From assembly GCA_016203945.1 (NCBI GenBank), contig JACQLT010000002.1, positions 181,336 to 245,335 of the forward strand: a stretch of DNA of 64,000 nucleotides, in the 5' to 3' direction. This document shows positions 46,268-55,517 of this stretch, in pieces. The position numbers were made by a program, and so were the translations under genes. Source of the stretch: Parcubacteria group bacterium (GTDB lineage: Bacteria; Patescibacteriota; Minisyncoccia; Minisyncoccales; UBA10102). Below the pieces are notes generated by a model. It did no database searches. It was given only the letters and a program-made list of their open reading frames with translations, and was not told the DNA's origin. Every line of letters begins with the position of its first letter. Positions within the stretch are counted from its first letter, which is position 1.

Positions 46268-46539
46268 TCCTTGGTTTGTTTCAGGCCGAGCTTCTTTGAG
46301 ATTGCCGAGTAGCGCTTCATGCTTTCTTCTTTGAGATAGCTGAGAAGCCGCCTGCGCCGGGCTACCATGCGCAAGAGCCCGCGCTTTGAATGCATGTCTT
46401 TCTTGTGTTTCTTGAGGTGTAAAAGCAGCCGCCCTATTTCGGCTGTCAGGAGGCCAATCTGCGCCTCGGGAGATCCCGTATCTTTTTCGTGGATGCGGAC
46501 TTCTTCCAATACCCCCTCCTTTTCTTTTTTAGGAATCAT
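46264..46539 (-). CDS. rpsO: 30S ribosomal protein S15
   Basis: [49 protein letters not shown] matches S15 (HKKDHHSRRGLL..V.RR.LL.YL). Confidence 0.85.
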   Translation of the reverse strand: MIPKKEKEGVLEEVRIHEKDTGSPEAQIGLLTAEIGRLLLHLKKHKKDMHSKRGLLRMVARRRRLLSYLKEESMKRYSAISKKLGLKQTKE

Positions 46540-46591
46540 CGCGTGTATAGTAGCTCAAAAACAAAAAAAGCGCAACCCCGCTTCTTTTCTG

Positions 46592-46858
46592 TTATTTGAA
46601 GCGCTCCTTGATGCGTTCTGTTTCTTCTGGGGTGATTGGGTCATTCGGATTTTTTGCCATCTCGTCTAATCCCTGAAAGAACTCTTCTCGTGTAATGCCC
46701 ATGCTGTATGTGGGTATGTCAAAACGCTCCATCACGCGTTTTACATATTCTCGCTCTTCAGGGAGCAGGGTAACGGTGTTGATATATTGCTCAAACTGCT
46801 GACGGGACATCCTCCCTCCATATCTGCTGAATGTGTCTTGGGGTTCGTTTGCCATCAC
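46592..46858 (-). CDS. hypothetical small protein (88 aa)
   Basis: No recognisable motif; adjacent (no gap) to Glu/Leu/Phe/Val dehydrogenase gene. Confidence 0.3.
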   Translation of the reverse strand: MMANEPQDTFSRYGGRMSRQQFEQYINTVTLLPEEREYVKRVMERFDIPTYSMGITREEFFQGLDEMAKNPNDPITPEETERIKERFK

Positions 46859-47977
46859 TTACACACTACCACGTTTATGGGATAGCCGCTTTGCGGCAAG
46901 TTCCATTGCGATGTGCCGCGGATTCTTCTTCGTCCTCAGCGCTTCTTTGAGCACCAAACGAGTCGTTTTCTTTATTTTCCGTTCTACCAATTCAAACATG
47001 CGTTTTGGGTTGTATCCTCGGTATTCCGCATACGAAGAAATGACCCCGCCCGCGTTTGCCACAAAGTCTGGCACGATGAGAACTCCTTTGTTCCAGAGCC
47101 ATGCTTCTACGGATTCTGACATGGGGATATTTGCTCCTTCAACAACGATGTTTGCCCGTATGTTTTTTTTGTTCTTCTCGTTGATAACGTCGGTGACCGA
47201 GGCCGGGATGAGGATGTCTACGGGCAGTTCAAAGATGGCGTCATGGCTGAGTCGTTTGCCGTGAGGATATTCTTTCACCGATTTCTTTTGACCCTTGAGT
47301 TTCAAGAGAATATCTTCTCGCAGCCCATCTTTATTATAGATAGCTCCCTCTTGGTCGGCGACCGCAACAATGCGGGCCTCCATTTCTTTGAGATACTTGA
47401 ACGCAAAACTTCCCACGTTGCCAAATCCTTCAATGGCAACCGTAGCTTTTGCGATATCAAGCCCCTTCAATTCTGCGGCTACCTTTGCTGCTTGAGCCAC
47501 CCCAAACCCGGTGCTCCCGAACTCGTGGGGGATGCCGCATTTCTCTCCCGGCTTGCCAAAGAGCTTCATGCACAGGTTTGCCGGTTTGCCCGTGGCAGAC
47601 CTCCAGATGCCGGTTGCCTCCACGAACCATTGCATCTCCCGCTCCCCGGTATTCACATCCGGACCCGCGATATATTTCTTTGGCACGAATGGCTTGATTG
47701 CCTTAGCGTAGCTCTGGACGTATTGTTTCTTGAGTTCGTCAGATCCGCCAGGCCATATAATGCCTCCTTTTGCTCCTCCAAAGGGAATGTCTGCCAGCGC
47801 ATTCTTGAATGTCATAGTTCTGGCCAATCTTGCCACCTCTTCCTCTGTTATATCGGGAGTCATACGAATGCCACCCTTGCCCGGCCCCAGGGTCGTATTA
47901 TCAATGACCAAAAACCCCCGCATCCCTGTTTTCGGATTATATACCCCTATTGAATATTCCGGCTTTTGCAGATTCAT
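46859..47977 (-). CDS. Glu/Leu/Phe/Val dehydrogenase family (glutamate dehydrogenase-like)
   Basis: GPGKGGIRMTPDITEEEVARLARTMTFKNALADIPFGGAKGGI catalytic-Lys glycine-rich region; NAD(P) Rossmann GFGNVG; start trimmed to MNLQKPEY. Confidence 0.7.
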   Translation of the reverse strand: MNLQKPEYSIGVYNPKTGMRGFLVIDNTTLGPGKGGIRMTPDITEEEVARLARTMTFKNALADIPFGGAKGGIIWPGGSDELKKQYVQSYAKAIKPFVPKKYIAGPDVNTGEREMQWFVEATGIWRSATGKPANLCMKLFGKPGEKCGIPHEFGSTGFGVAQAAKVAAELKGLDIAKATVAIEGFGNVGSFAFKYLKEMEARIVAVADQEGAIYNKDGLREDILLKLKGQKKSVKEYPHGKRLSHDAIFELPVDILIPASVTDVINEKNKKNIRANIVVEGANIPMSESVEAWLWNKGVLIVPDFVANAGGVISSYAEYRGYNPKRMFELVERKIKKTTRLVLKEALRTKKNPRHIAMELAAKRLSHKRGSV

Positions 47978-48065
47978 TGATTTTGGTGCCCCCAGAAGGA
48001 ATCGGACCCTCATCCACGGCTTAAGAGGCCGCTGCTTTACCATTAAGCTACGGGGGCGAACTCGG

Positions 48066-48137
48066 TGCCCTCGGAGGGACTCGAACCCCCAATAACAGGT
48101 TCGAAGCCTGTCGTGATATCCATTTCACCACGAGGGC
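48066..48137 (-). tRNA. tRNA-Arg (anticodon TCG)
   Basis: Manual fold: acceptor GCCCTCG/CGAGGGC, anticodon stem ACAGG/CCTGT loop CTTCGAA, T arm GGGGG-TTCGAGT-CCCTC. Confidence 0.65.
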
Positions 48138-48221
48138 GCGCAAGGTGATAGTATCAGAAAAATCGAATATTTCAATGCCGCGGGGCTCGCCGCAGGCAAC
48201 TACATTTGATAGGATAAGTCA

Positions 48222-49679
48222 ATGAAAGAAATCCCGCAAGAAGTTGTCCAGGTGGCTCAGAAGCTGGAACAGCACGGCTTTGCCGCGTACGTGGTGGGCG
48301 GATGCGTGCGGGATTTGCTGCTGGGCAAGGAGCCAGAGGACTGGGATATTGCTACAGATGCGACCCCAGAACAGGTGCAGAAGATATTTCCTCGCACCTT
48401 TTACGAGAACAGGTTTTTTACGGTTACCGTGCTTACAGAGAGTTCGGATGCGAAGCTCAGCCAGATTGAAGTCACCACGTTCCGGTCCGAGTTTGAGTAT
48501 GAGGACCGGCGCAGGCCCTCAAAGGTGGAGCCCGCACAGACCATTGAAGAGGACTTGAGCCGCAGGGACTTTACTGTTAATGCCATGGCTTTGCGCGTTG
48601 GGACCGGGAAGCCGTCTTTGGTTGACCCGTATGACGGCCAGAAGGACTTGAAGAAAAGGATCATTCGCTGCGTCGGAAACCCAAAAGAGCGCTTTGCAGA
48701 AGATGCCCTGCGCCTCATGCGAGCGGTGCGGTTTGCTGCGACCCTCGGGTTTGCCATAGAAAAAGACACGCTTGAGGTCTTGAAGTCCCAAGCGGTCCTT
48801 CTGAGAGACATCTCACAAGAGCGCATTCGCGACGAGTTTTGCAAAATTCTCATGGCAGACAAGGCGGCAGAAGGTATAGAGCAGCTGCGCGAGACAAAAC
48901 TATTAGAGCACATTGTTCCAGAGCTTCTGGAAGGATACGGAGTTGGTCAGAACAAGCATCATATATATACGGTATGGGAGCATAACGTGCGCGCTTTTGC
49001 GTATGCGGCAAAGCAGAAGTGGTCTTTGGAGGTGCGCTTAGCTTCTCTACTTCACGACGTTGCCAAGCCCCGCGTGAAACAGGGAGAGGGTCCTGACTCT
49101 ACTTTTTACGGCCACGACGTGGTCGGAGGCCGCATGGCAGGGGAAATCCTAACCCGACTGAAGTTTTCCAGAAACACGACGGATTACGTGGCCATGCTCG
49201 TGCGCTATCACCTGTTCTACTATAACGTAGGCGAGGTTTCAGAATCTTCGGTGCGACGGCTGCTCCGCAAGGTTGGGCCAGAGCACATGGAGGATCTCCT
49301 GCAGGTTCGCATGGCAGACCGCATCGGCTCCGGAGTTCCCAAGGCAGAGCCCTACAAGCTGAGACACCTGAGGTATGCCATAGAGAAGGTTTCAAAAGAC
49401 CCGCTCTCTCCCAAGATGCTCGTCCTGAAGGGCGACGACATCATGAAACTCCTCAACATTTCTCCTGGTCCCAAGGTGGGGCAGATTCTTGCTGTCGTAT
49501 TGGCCGAAGTTATTGAGGATCCCGCACAGAACTCAAAAGAAACTTTGGAAGAGAGAATTCAAGAGCTCGGAAAACTGGATGACGAGGCATTGGTTCGCCT
49601 TGCCAAGGATTCTGAGAAAGTCGTGGAGGCCGTGGAGACAAAGCTAGATACCATGGTAAAACAGAAATACTGGCTTTGA
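48222..49679 (+). CDS. cca: CCA-adding tRNA nucleotidyltransferase with HD domain
   Basis: Pol-beta NTase head AYVVGGCVRDLLLGKEPEDWDIATDA, RFAATLGF, HD motif HHIYTVWEHNV...LLHDVAKP; 485 aa. Confidence 0.8.
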   Translation: MKEIPQEVVQVAQKLEQHGFAAYVVGGCVRDLLLGKEPEDWDIATDATPEQVQKIFPRTFYENRFFTVTVLTESSDAKLSQIEVTTFRSEFEYEDRRRPSKVEPAQTIEEDLSRRDFTVNAMALRVGTGKPSLVDPYDGQKDLKKRIIRCVGNPKERFAEDALRLMRAVRFAATLGFAIEKDTLEVLKSQAVLLRDISQERIRDEFCKILMADKAAEGIEQLRETKLLEHIVPELLEGYGVGQNKHHIYTVWEHNVRAFAYAAKQKWSLEVRLASLLHDVAKPRVKQGEGPDSTFYGHDVVGGRMAGEILTRLKFSRNTTDYVAMLVRYHLFYYNVGEVSESSVRRLLRKVGPEHMEDLLQVRMADRIGSGVPKAEPYKLRHLRYAIEKVSKDPLSPKMLVLKGDDIMKLLNISPGPKVGQILAVVLAEVIEDPAQNSKETLEERIQELGKLDDEALVRLAKDSEKVVEAVETKLDTMVKQKYWL

Positions 49680-49682
49680 ACC

Positions 49683-50270
49683 ATGGCGTACACGTCCAAA
49701 ACCTATGCGCTGATAAACAAGAAGGATAAACGACATCTGCAAGAGGTGCTCAAGTACCTCGTGCCGAGGCGCGAAGAAAAGATTCTGGAAATCGGATGCG
49801 GCCGCGGATTCGTGGTGCGCGAGCTTCAGAACGTCACCCCGGACGTATACGGTATTGACCTGAACCCGAATTCCATTGAGCATGGCGTCACCCATAACCT
49901 GCGCGTGATGAACGCGGAGCGCCTGGAGTTTGACGACGCCACCTTTGACAAGCTATATTCGTTTCACGTCATAGAGCATATTTCGAACATCAAGAAGGCC
50001 TTAGAAGAGATGGACCGGGTGCTGCGTCCGGGAGGCAGAATACTCCTGGTGTATCCGGCAGAGCCCATTCGCGGACTTTTTTCCATTCCGGCGGCTATAA
50101 TCCTTTTTAAGAATCCGTTTCGGACCCGCGACGTCCACCTCCACAAGTTGAATCCTCGGCGCATACAAGAATTGATATCCGGCACGAAGTTGGAGCACAA
50201 AGAAAGCAAGTTCTCTTTCTTCAGCTCTCCGCAGCACTTCACGGTTCTGCAAAAGCGCCTAGGTTTATAA
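49683..50270 (+). CDS. class I SAM-dependent methyltransferase
   Basis: ILEIGCGRGFVVRELQ (motif I), VLRPGGRILLVYP (post-II). Confidence 0.6.
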   Translation: MAYTSKTYALINKKDKRHLQEVLKYLVPRREEKILEIGCGRGFVVRELQNVTPDVYGIDLNPNSIEHGVTHNLRVMNAERLEFDDATFDKLYSFHVIEHISNIKKALEEMDRVLRPGGRILLVYPAEPIRGLFSIPAAIILFKNPFRTRDVHLHKLNPRRIQELISGTKLEHKESKFSFFSSPQHFTVLQKRLGL

Positions 50271-50280
50271 ATAATAATGA

Positions 50281-50354
50281 CGGGCTGTAGTGTAGCGGTA
50301 GCACGAGTCCTTCGGGAGGATTTAGCCCCAGTTCGAATCTGGGCAGCCCGACCA
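50281..50354 (+). tRNA. tRNA-Pro (anticodon CGG), CCA encoded
   Basis: Acceptor CGGGCTG/CAGCCCG, D arm GTGT-AGCGGTA-GCAC, anticodon stem AGTCC/GGATT loop TTCGGGA, T arm CCCAG-TTCGAAT-CTGGG, ACCA 3' end. Confidence 0.75.
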
Positions 50355-50360
50355 ACTTTT

Positions 50361-51149
50361 TTACGCAGTATTTTTTTTGAACAGCAGCGAGACGAAGAAG
50401 ATAGAGCCGAGCAACAGAATGAACGTGGGGCCGGGAGCAAGGCCTGTTGCGGTTGCGATGATGACGCCGGCCACGGTGCCAGCCCCGCCAAGGAGCGCGC
50501 TTAGAAAGACGTAAGTTTTCATGCTCCCCGTAAGATTCCGTGATATCGCAGCAGGAATAATAATAAGGGATCCTGTAAGGAGCACTCCTGCAAACTGAAT
50601 GCCGACAGACGTGATGAGCGCAAAAAGCGTGAGAAAGAGAAACTCAAGGAGATGGGGCCGCAATCTGGCGGTTTGCGCAAGGTCCGCGGAAAGCAGAGAA
50701 AGCGTTATTTTGGACTTGAGGAATAGAAGCAAGGCAATGATGAGCAGGGAAAGAGAGGCCCCCCACACAATTTGAGCGAGAGAAACATCGGTAATGTCTC
50801 CGAAGAGCGCTTCCAAGAGCTCAACGTCAGGAGTGAGAAGAGTCCCTATCGCCAGGGCAACCACGAACAACACGCCAACGAGAGTGTCTACGGGAATGCG
50901 CGTACGGTGTTCTATCGCCCAAATGACCGTGGTCCCAAAAAGAAGAAACGCAAGAGCGCCAATCAGAGGATTGAAATGAAACAGCAAGGCCAAGGCCAGG
51001 CCGGGAAGCGCAACATGAGAAAGCGCGTCTCCCACGAGCGCCATTCTTCGCAAGAGAGCAAATGAGCCCAGCATTCCGCCGGCTGCTCCCATAAGGGCGA
51101 CTGCGACGAGCTGGAATATGAAGAGTGGTTCTGCAAAGAAATTATTCAT
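50361..51149 (-). CDS. znuB: metal (Zn/Mn) ABC transporter permease (ABC-3 family)
   Basis: MALVGDALSHVALPGLALALL conserved ABC-3 permease motif; about 8 TM; 262 aa. Confidence 0.7.
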   Translation of the reverse strand: MNNFFAEPLFIFQLVAVALMGAAGGMLGSFALLRRMALVGDALSHVALPGLALALLFHFNPLIGALAFLLFGTTVIWAIEHRTRIPVDTLVGVLFVVALAIGTLLTPDVELLEALFGDITDVSLAQIVWGASLSLLIIALLLFLKSKITLSLLSADLAQTARLRPHLLEFLFLTLFALITSVGIQFAGVLLTGSLIIIPAAISRNLTGSMKTYVFLSALLGGAGTVAGVIIATATGLAPGPTFILLLGSIFFVSLLFKKNTA

Positions 51150-51837
51150 GAAGATGGTGATAGAATCTGCGGCCTCCTCCGTACAGCTTTTCTAATTCTT
51201 GAGGAGTCAGGACTTCTTGAGGAGGGCCGAAGCATATCTGTGTCTTATTGAGGCACAAGACTTTTGTTGCGTACCGATAGACCGTTGTAAGGTCGTGCGA
51301 AACAAGGATCGTGGCGAATTGTTCTTTGTCTTGGAGACGATGAAGGAGGTCATATATCGTTTCCTGCCCGCCTACGTCTACGGAAGCGGTCGGTTCGTCA
51401 AAGAGAAGAAGAGAGGGCCGTGTTCTTAGCGCAAAACCCATGAGCAACTTTTGAAACTCTCCGGCAGAGAACGTGCTCAGGGATTTGCGCATATGCTGCG
51501 GTAGCAGCCCGACCATCTGGATCATTTCCTTTGGAGTATAGGGAGTTTTTTCTTTGTCGGTTTGCGCTAAATTTAAAAACTCTTGTCCTGTGAGCGGGAG
51601 ATTCCGTTCCACGTCAAGCTTTTGAGGCACGTATCCCATAGATATCTCTTTCTCCGTTTTTATCTCGCCCTCGGAAGGGAGCGCGCCGATAAGAGCTTTC
51701 AGGAGCGTCGTCTTGCCAGAACCATTCGGGCCGATGACCGCGATTGTCTCCCCCTTGTTTATGCTAAAAGAAACGTTTTCAAGCGCTTTTTCTTTTCCGT
51801 AGAATACTGAGAGATCTTTCACTTCTAATATTGGCAT
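51142..51837 (-). CDS. znuC: metal ABC transporter ATP-binding protein
   Basis: MPILEVKDLSVFYGKEKALENVSFSINKGETIAVIGPNGSGKTTLLKAL, LSGGQ-like FSAGEFQKLL, Walker B LLLFDEP; start trimmed from ORF-track 52020 because that extension overlaps tRNA-Ala. Confidence 0.7.
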   Translation of the reverse strand: MPILEVKDLSVFYGKEKALENVSFSINKGETIAVIGPNGSGKTTLLKALIGALPSEGEIKTEKEISMGYVPQKLDVERNLPLTGQEFLNLAQTDKEKTPYTPKEMIQMVGLLPQHMRKSLSTFSAGEFQKLLMGFALRTRPSLLLFDEPTASVDVGGQETIYDLLHRLQDKEQFATILVSHDLTTVYRYATKVLCLNKTQICFGPPQEVLTPQELEKLYGGGRRFYHHLHE

Positions 51838-51850
51838 ATCTGTTTTTATC

Positions 51851-51924
51851 TGGTGGACCTGGCGAGAATCGAACTCGCGACTCGGCAATGCGAATGCCGC
51901 GTAATGCCACTTTACTACAGGCCC
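51851..51924 (-). tRNA. tRNA-Ala (anticodon CGC), CCA encoded
   Basis: Acceptor GGGCCTG/CAGGTCC with G3-U70, anticodon stem CGGCA/TGCCG loop TTCGCAT, T arm GCGAG-TTCGATT-CTCGC, ACCA end. Confidence 0.75.
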
Positions 51925-52005
51925 TGGTTGCAAATGAAATGTATCAAAATCGGGCGGTTGGAGCAAATACTTCCCGCGCCCAATACCGCGAGGTAGAATA
52001 ACAAA

Positions 52006-52854
52006 ATGGATACTCAACAAAAGGAAATGCTCGTGAAGAAGGCGTCGGGAGAAGTAGAGCCCTTTTCCGACGCCAAGCTGCGCCGTTCGCTTGAACGGGT
52101 AAAAGCTTCTTCAGCGATAATTGAAGATATTGTTGCCCACATCAGGCAGGAGTTCACGAGTGGCGCCAAGACGCAGGATATTTACCGGCGCGCGTTTTCG
52201 CTATTGCGCAAGCATGAGCGCCCTGCCGCAGCCCGCTACTCTTTAAAACGAGCCATCATGGAGTTGGGGCCGACGGGGCACCCCTTTGAGAATCTCGTCG
52301 GAGAGCTTTTGAAGCTGCAGGGATTTTCGGTTGAGGTGGCGACCATCGTGCAAGGGATGTGCGTTTCCCATGAGGTGGACGTGGTGGCAGAACGCCAGGG
52401 CCGCCTTCTCATGGTTGAGTCCAAGTTCCATAACGCGCAGGGCCTCAAGTCAGACGTGAAAGTCGCGCTCTACGTGCAAGCCCGTTTTGAAGATATTCAC
52501 AAGCGATGGCAGAAAGAACCTCATGCAAGCCGCGAGTTTCATGAGGTCTGGCTAGTCACCAATACCAAGCTTACGTCCGACGCCATTGCCTATGCCTCAT
52601 GCATGAAGATGAAAGCCATTGGCTGGAACTATCCTGGGCAAGGCAGCCTGCAAGACCTCATTGAGCAAACGGGCCTTCACCCGCTGACGTGTCTTACGAC
52701 TTTGAGTAGGTCTAATAAAAGAGTGCTTTTGGACAAGGGGCTGGTGCTCTGCAAGGACGTGGTCGCGCACAAGAACGTGCTGCAGTCCATCGGCTTCAAT
52801 CAGCAGAAGATCGATCAGGTTGAGAAAGAGATTGTGCGGCTTTGTGGCGCTTGA
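52006..52854 (+). CDS. ATP-cone domain fused to Mrr-like restriction-endonuclease (PD-(D/E)XK) domain
   Basis: N-terminal ATP-cone-like (VEPFSDAKLRRSLERV...IEDIVAHI), C-terminal Mrr_cat-like FENLVGELLKLQGFSVEVATIVQGMCVSHEVDVVAE...LLMVESKFH (D...E-x-K). Confidence 0.5.
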   Translation: MDTQQKEMLVKKASGEVEPFSDAKLRRSLERVKASSAIIEDIVAHIRQEFTSGAKTQDIYRRAFSLLRKHERPAAARYSLKRAIMELGPTGHPFENLVGELLKLQGFSVEVATIVQGMCVSHEVDVVAERQGRLLMVESKFHNAQGLKSDVKVALYVQARFEDIHKRWQKEPHASREFHEVWLVTNTKLTSDAIAYASCMKMKAIGWNYPGQGSLQDLIEQTGLHPLTCLTTLSRSNKRVLLDKGLVLCKDVVAHKNVLQSIGFNQQKIDQVEKEIVRLCGA

Positions 52855-52932
52855 CGCGATAGTTGCTTTCTCGCTTTATTTTTGGTAGCTGCCCCTTTTC
52901 TTTATTTCTTAACGTGGTTTAGCTGTGGATAA

Positions 52933-52954
52933 CTTAACCTGGTTAAGGATACAT
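52933..52954. promoter_or_regulatory. palindrome CTTAACC-T-GGTTAAG followed by GATACAT, upstream of FMN reductase gene
   Basis: Shares GTTAAGGATACAT with the site at 40941-40966; 15 nt upstream of ATG at 52969. Confidence 0.35.
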
Positions 52955-52968
52955 GATACATTGGGTAT

Positions 52969-53508
52969 ATGGAGAAATTATTTATCCCAGTTATTTTAGG
53001 AACTGCCAGAGAAGGAAGGCGCTCTGAAGCAGCCGCCAAGTTTATGCTTGCCCAAGTCAAACAAGCCGGATTGGAAACCGAGCTCATTGACGTTCGCGAT
53101 TTTCTCCACAAGGCAACAGAAGAAACGTTTCCGGGCCAGGAAAAGCTCGGAGCAAAGCTCAAGAGGGCGGACGGATATGTTATCGTCTCGCCAGAATACA
53201 ATCACGGATATCCTGGGGAGCTCAAGCTTTTCCTGGATACGTTCTATCAGGAGTACGCGAGAAAGCCCTTTGGCATCTGCGGGGTATCTATAGGCCCGAA
53301 CGGAGGAGTGCGCGCCGTAGAACAGCTGCGGCTTGTGGCGAATGAGTTTCATGCGGTTCCCATCAGGGAAGCGGTGTATTTTAGAAATGCCGCGGATCTG
53401 TTTGACAGCCAGGGGCAAATCAAGGATCAGGGGTATGAAAAGTTCGCCAAAACGTTTTTGGACGAGCTCACATGGTTCGCCACCGCATTGAAGGCGGCTC
53501 GCGATTGA
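52969..53508 (+). CDS. NADPH-dependent FMN reductase family protein
   Basis: MEKLFIPVILGTAREGRRSE...ADGYVIVSPEYNHGYPGELKLFLD flavodoxin-like NADPH-dependent FMN reductase pattern. Confidence 0.65.
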   Translation: MEKLFIPVILGTAREGRRSEAAAKFMLAQVKQAGLETELIDVRDFLHKATEETFPGQEKLGAKLKRADGYVIVSPEYNHGYPGELKLFLDTFYQEYARKPFGICGVSIGPNGGVRAVEQLRLVANEFHAVPIREAVYFRNAADLFDSQGQIKDQGYEKFAKTFLDELTWFATALKAARD

Positions 53509-53598
53509 CATAAAAGTGGGGGTTTGCTAGAGTATAAATATGGAAAGCGTGATGTCCGTTAGAAGCGGACATTCTTTTCTAAAATATTAAAAACCGAA

Positions 53599-54831
53599 GT
53601 GAACGGTATGATAGATATCAAAAACTTAACGGTACTGCTCGATCAGATCGCAGAAGAAAAAGGGTTGAAGAAAGAGCGCGTGATGGAGGCCATTGAGCAG
53701 GCCATTGCAGCCGCCTACAAAAAGGAGTACGGCCAGCGCGGGCAAGCCATTAAAGCGAAGCTGAATACCAAAACCGGCAATGTTGAGTTTTGGCAAGAGA
53801 AGCTCGTGGTGGCAAAAGACATGATCTATTCGGATGAAGAGCTGGAGCAGATGAAGGAAGCCCGGGAGAAGGGAGAGCCGCGACAGGAACCCTCAGAGGA
53901 AAAGGAGAAGATTAGGTTTAACCCGGAGCGCCACATCATGCTGGCTGACGCAAAGAAAGAGAAGGCAGGAGTCGACGTGGGAGACGAGCTGGAGTTTAAG
54001 CTGGAACCTAAAGAAGATTACGGCCGCATCGCAGCTCAAACCGCAAAACAAGTTGTACTGCAGAAGATTCGGGAGGCGGAACGGGAGACCGTACTCGCGG
54101 AGTTTCGGTCCAAGGAAGGGGAACTCATCTCGGGCCTGGTGCAGCGCGTGGAACCACGCATGGTATTCTTTGACCTTGGCAAGACCGTTGGTATCCTTCC
54201 CCGGGAAGAGCAGGTTCCCGGTGAATTCTACCGTCCGGGACAGCGGCTGAAGCTGTATGTCATGCGGGTTGAAGACAGCCCGAAGGGCCCCACCATTTTT
54301 ATCTCACGGGCGCATCCGAAACTCGTCACAAAACTTTTTGAACTAGAGGTGCCCGAAATCGGAGTAGGCTCAGTTGAAATCAAAGCCATTGCAAGAGAGC
54401 CGGGATCCAGGTCCAAGGTTGCGGTGGATTCCCATGCAGACGGCGTGGACCCGGTGGGCTCCATGGTGGGCCAGCGGGGAACAAGGGTGTCGGCTGTCAT
54501 CAACGAGCTCGGCGGAGAAAAGATTGATATTATTGAATGGGCGGACGACCCCGACGACTTTATCAGCCACGCGCTTTCCCCTGCCAAGGTGCTCCAGGTG
54601 GAGCTGCAGGACAAGAACAGGGCGAAGGCCGTGGTGGCAGAGGACCAGCTTTCCCTCGCAATCGGCAGGGAGGGGCAGAACGTGAGGCTGGCAGCCAAGC
54701 TTACCGGCTGGAAGATTGACGTTCGCACGCCAGAAGGGAAGGGTATAGGAGCAGACCTGCCTGCGCAGGCAGGAGAGAAGAAACCGGAAGAGGAGGAGTC
54801 CGAAGAAATTGAAAAAGAGTCAGGCCGGTGA
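53599..54831 (+). CDS. nusA: transcription termination/antitermination factor NusA
   Basis: N-terminal domain, S1 (GELISGLVQRVEPRMVFFDLGKTVGILP), two KH domains (SRAHPKLVTKLFELEVPEI; GQRGTRVSAVINELGGEKIDII). GTG start per ORF track; ATG at 53608 is an alternative. Confidence 0.85.
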   Translation: MNGMIDIKNLTVLLDQIAEEKGLKKERVMEAIEQAIAAAYKKEYGQRGQAIKAKLNTKTGNVEFWQEKLVVAKDMIYSDEELEQMKEAREKGEPRQEPSEEKEKIRFNPERHIMLADAKKEKAGVDVGDELEFKLEPKEDYGRIAAQTAKQVVLQKIREAERETVLAEFRSKEGELISGLVQRVEPRMVFFDLGKTVGILPREEQVPGEFYRPGQRLKLYVMRVEDSPKGPTIFISRAHPKLVTKLFELEVPEIGVGSVEIKAIAREPGSRSKVAVDSHADGVDPVGSMVGQRGTRVSAVINELGGEKIDIIEWADDPDDFISHALSPAKVLQVELQDKNRAKAVVAEDQLSLAIGREGQNVRLAAKLTGWKIDVRTPEGKGIGADLPAQAGEKKPEEEESEEIEKESGR

Positions 54832-54845
54832 TATGATATACCCAT

Positions 54846-55436
54846 ATGAATCTCGTCCCAACCGTCATTGAAAAAACGCAGTACGGAGAGCGGGCCTACG
54901 ACATCTATTCCCGCCTTCTGAAGGACCGCATCATTTTTTTGGGAAGTCCCATTAATGACGTGGTTGCAAACTCCATTATCGCCCAGATGCTGTTTTTGGC
55001 GTCGCAGGATTCCAAGAAGGGCATCCAGTTTTACATCAACAGCCCAGGAGGATCGGTCACAGCCGGGCTCGCCGTATACGATACCATGCAATACATCAAG
55101 TGCCCGGTGTCCACCGTGTGTGTCGGCATGGCAGCTTCTTTTGGAGCAGTGCTCTTGGCCGCAGGAGAGAAGGGAAAACGATTTGCGCTCCCCAATTCCC
55201 AGATCATGCTGCACCAGCCCATGGGAGGAGCGCAAGGACAGGCGAGCGAGATTGAGATCACCGCAAAACAGATCGTGAAGATTAAGGAACGCTTGAACAC
55301 CATCCTGTCCAAGCACACCAAGCAGCCGTACGAAAAGATAGAGCGCGATACGGATCGGGATTTCTATCTGGATGTCAAAGAGGCGAAGGCCTACGGCATC
55401 ATTGACGAAGTCGTTGAGCAAAAAGAAAGCTCATAG
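54846..55436 (+). CDS. clpP: ATP-dependent Clp protease proteolytic subunit
   Basis: Catalytic triad context [11 protein letters not shown] (Ser), MLHQPMGG (His), characteristic [24 protein letters not shown]. Confidence 0.9.
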   Translation: MNLVPTVIEKTQYGERAYDIYSRLLKDRIIFLGSPINDVVANSIIAQMLFLASQDSKKGIQFYINSPGGSVTAGLAVYDTMQYIKCPVSTVCVGMAASFGAVLLAAGEKGKRFALPNSQIMLHQPMGGAQGQASEIEITAKQIVKIKERLNTILSKHTKQPYEKIERDTDRDFYLDVKEAKAYGIIDEVVEQKESS

Positions 55437-55517
55437 CCGCTTCTTTTGACTTTTCCTTTCACTTCTGATATATTCAAGATGTGAGATTTTTGAATTATCA
55501 ACTATTGTTCCCATCAT

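Noticed and set aside
51838-52020. N-terminal 61-aa extension of znuC in the ORF track
   Set aside because: Extension runs through tRNA-Ala(CGC) (51851-51924); canonical ABC ATPase N-terminus MPILEVKDLSV starts at 51837.
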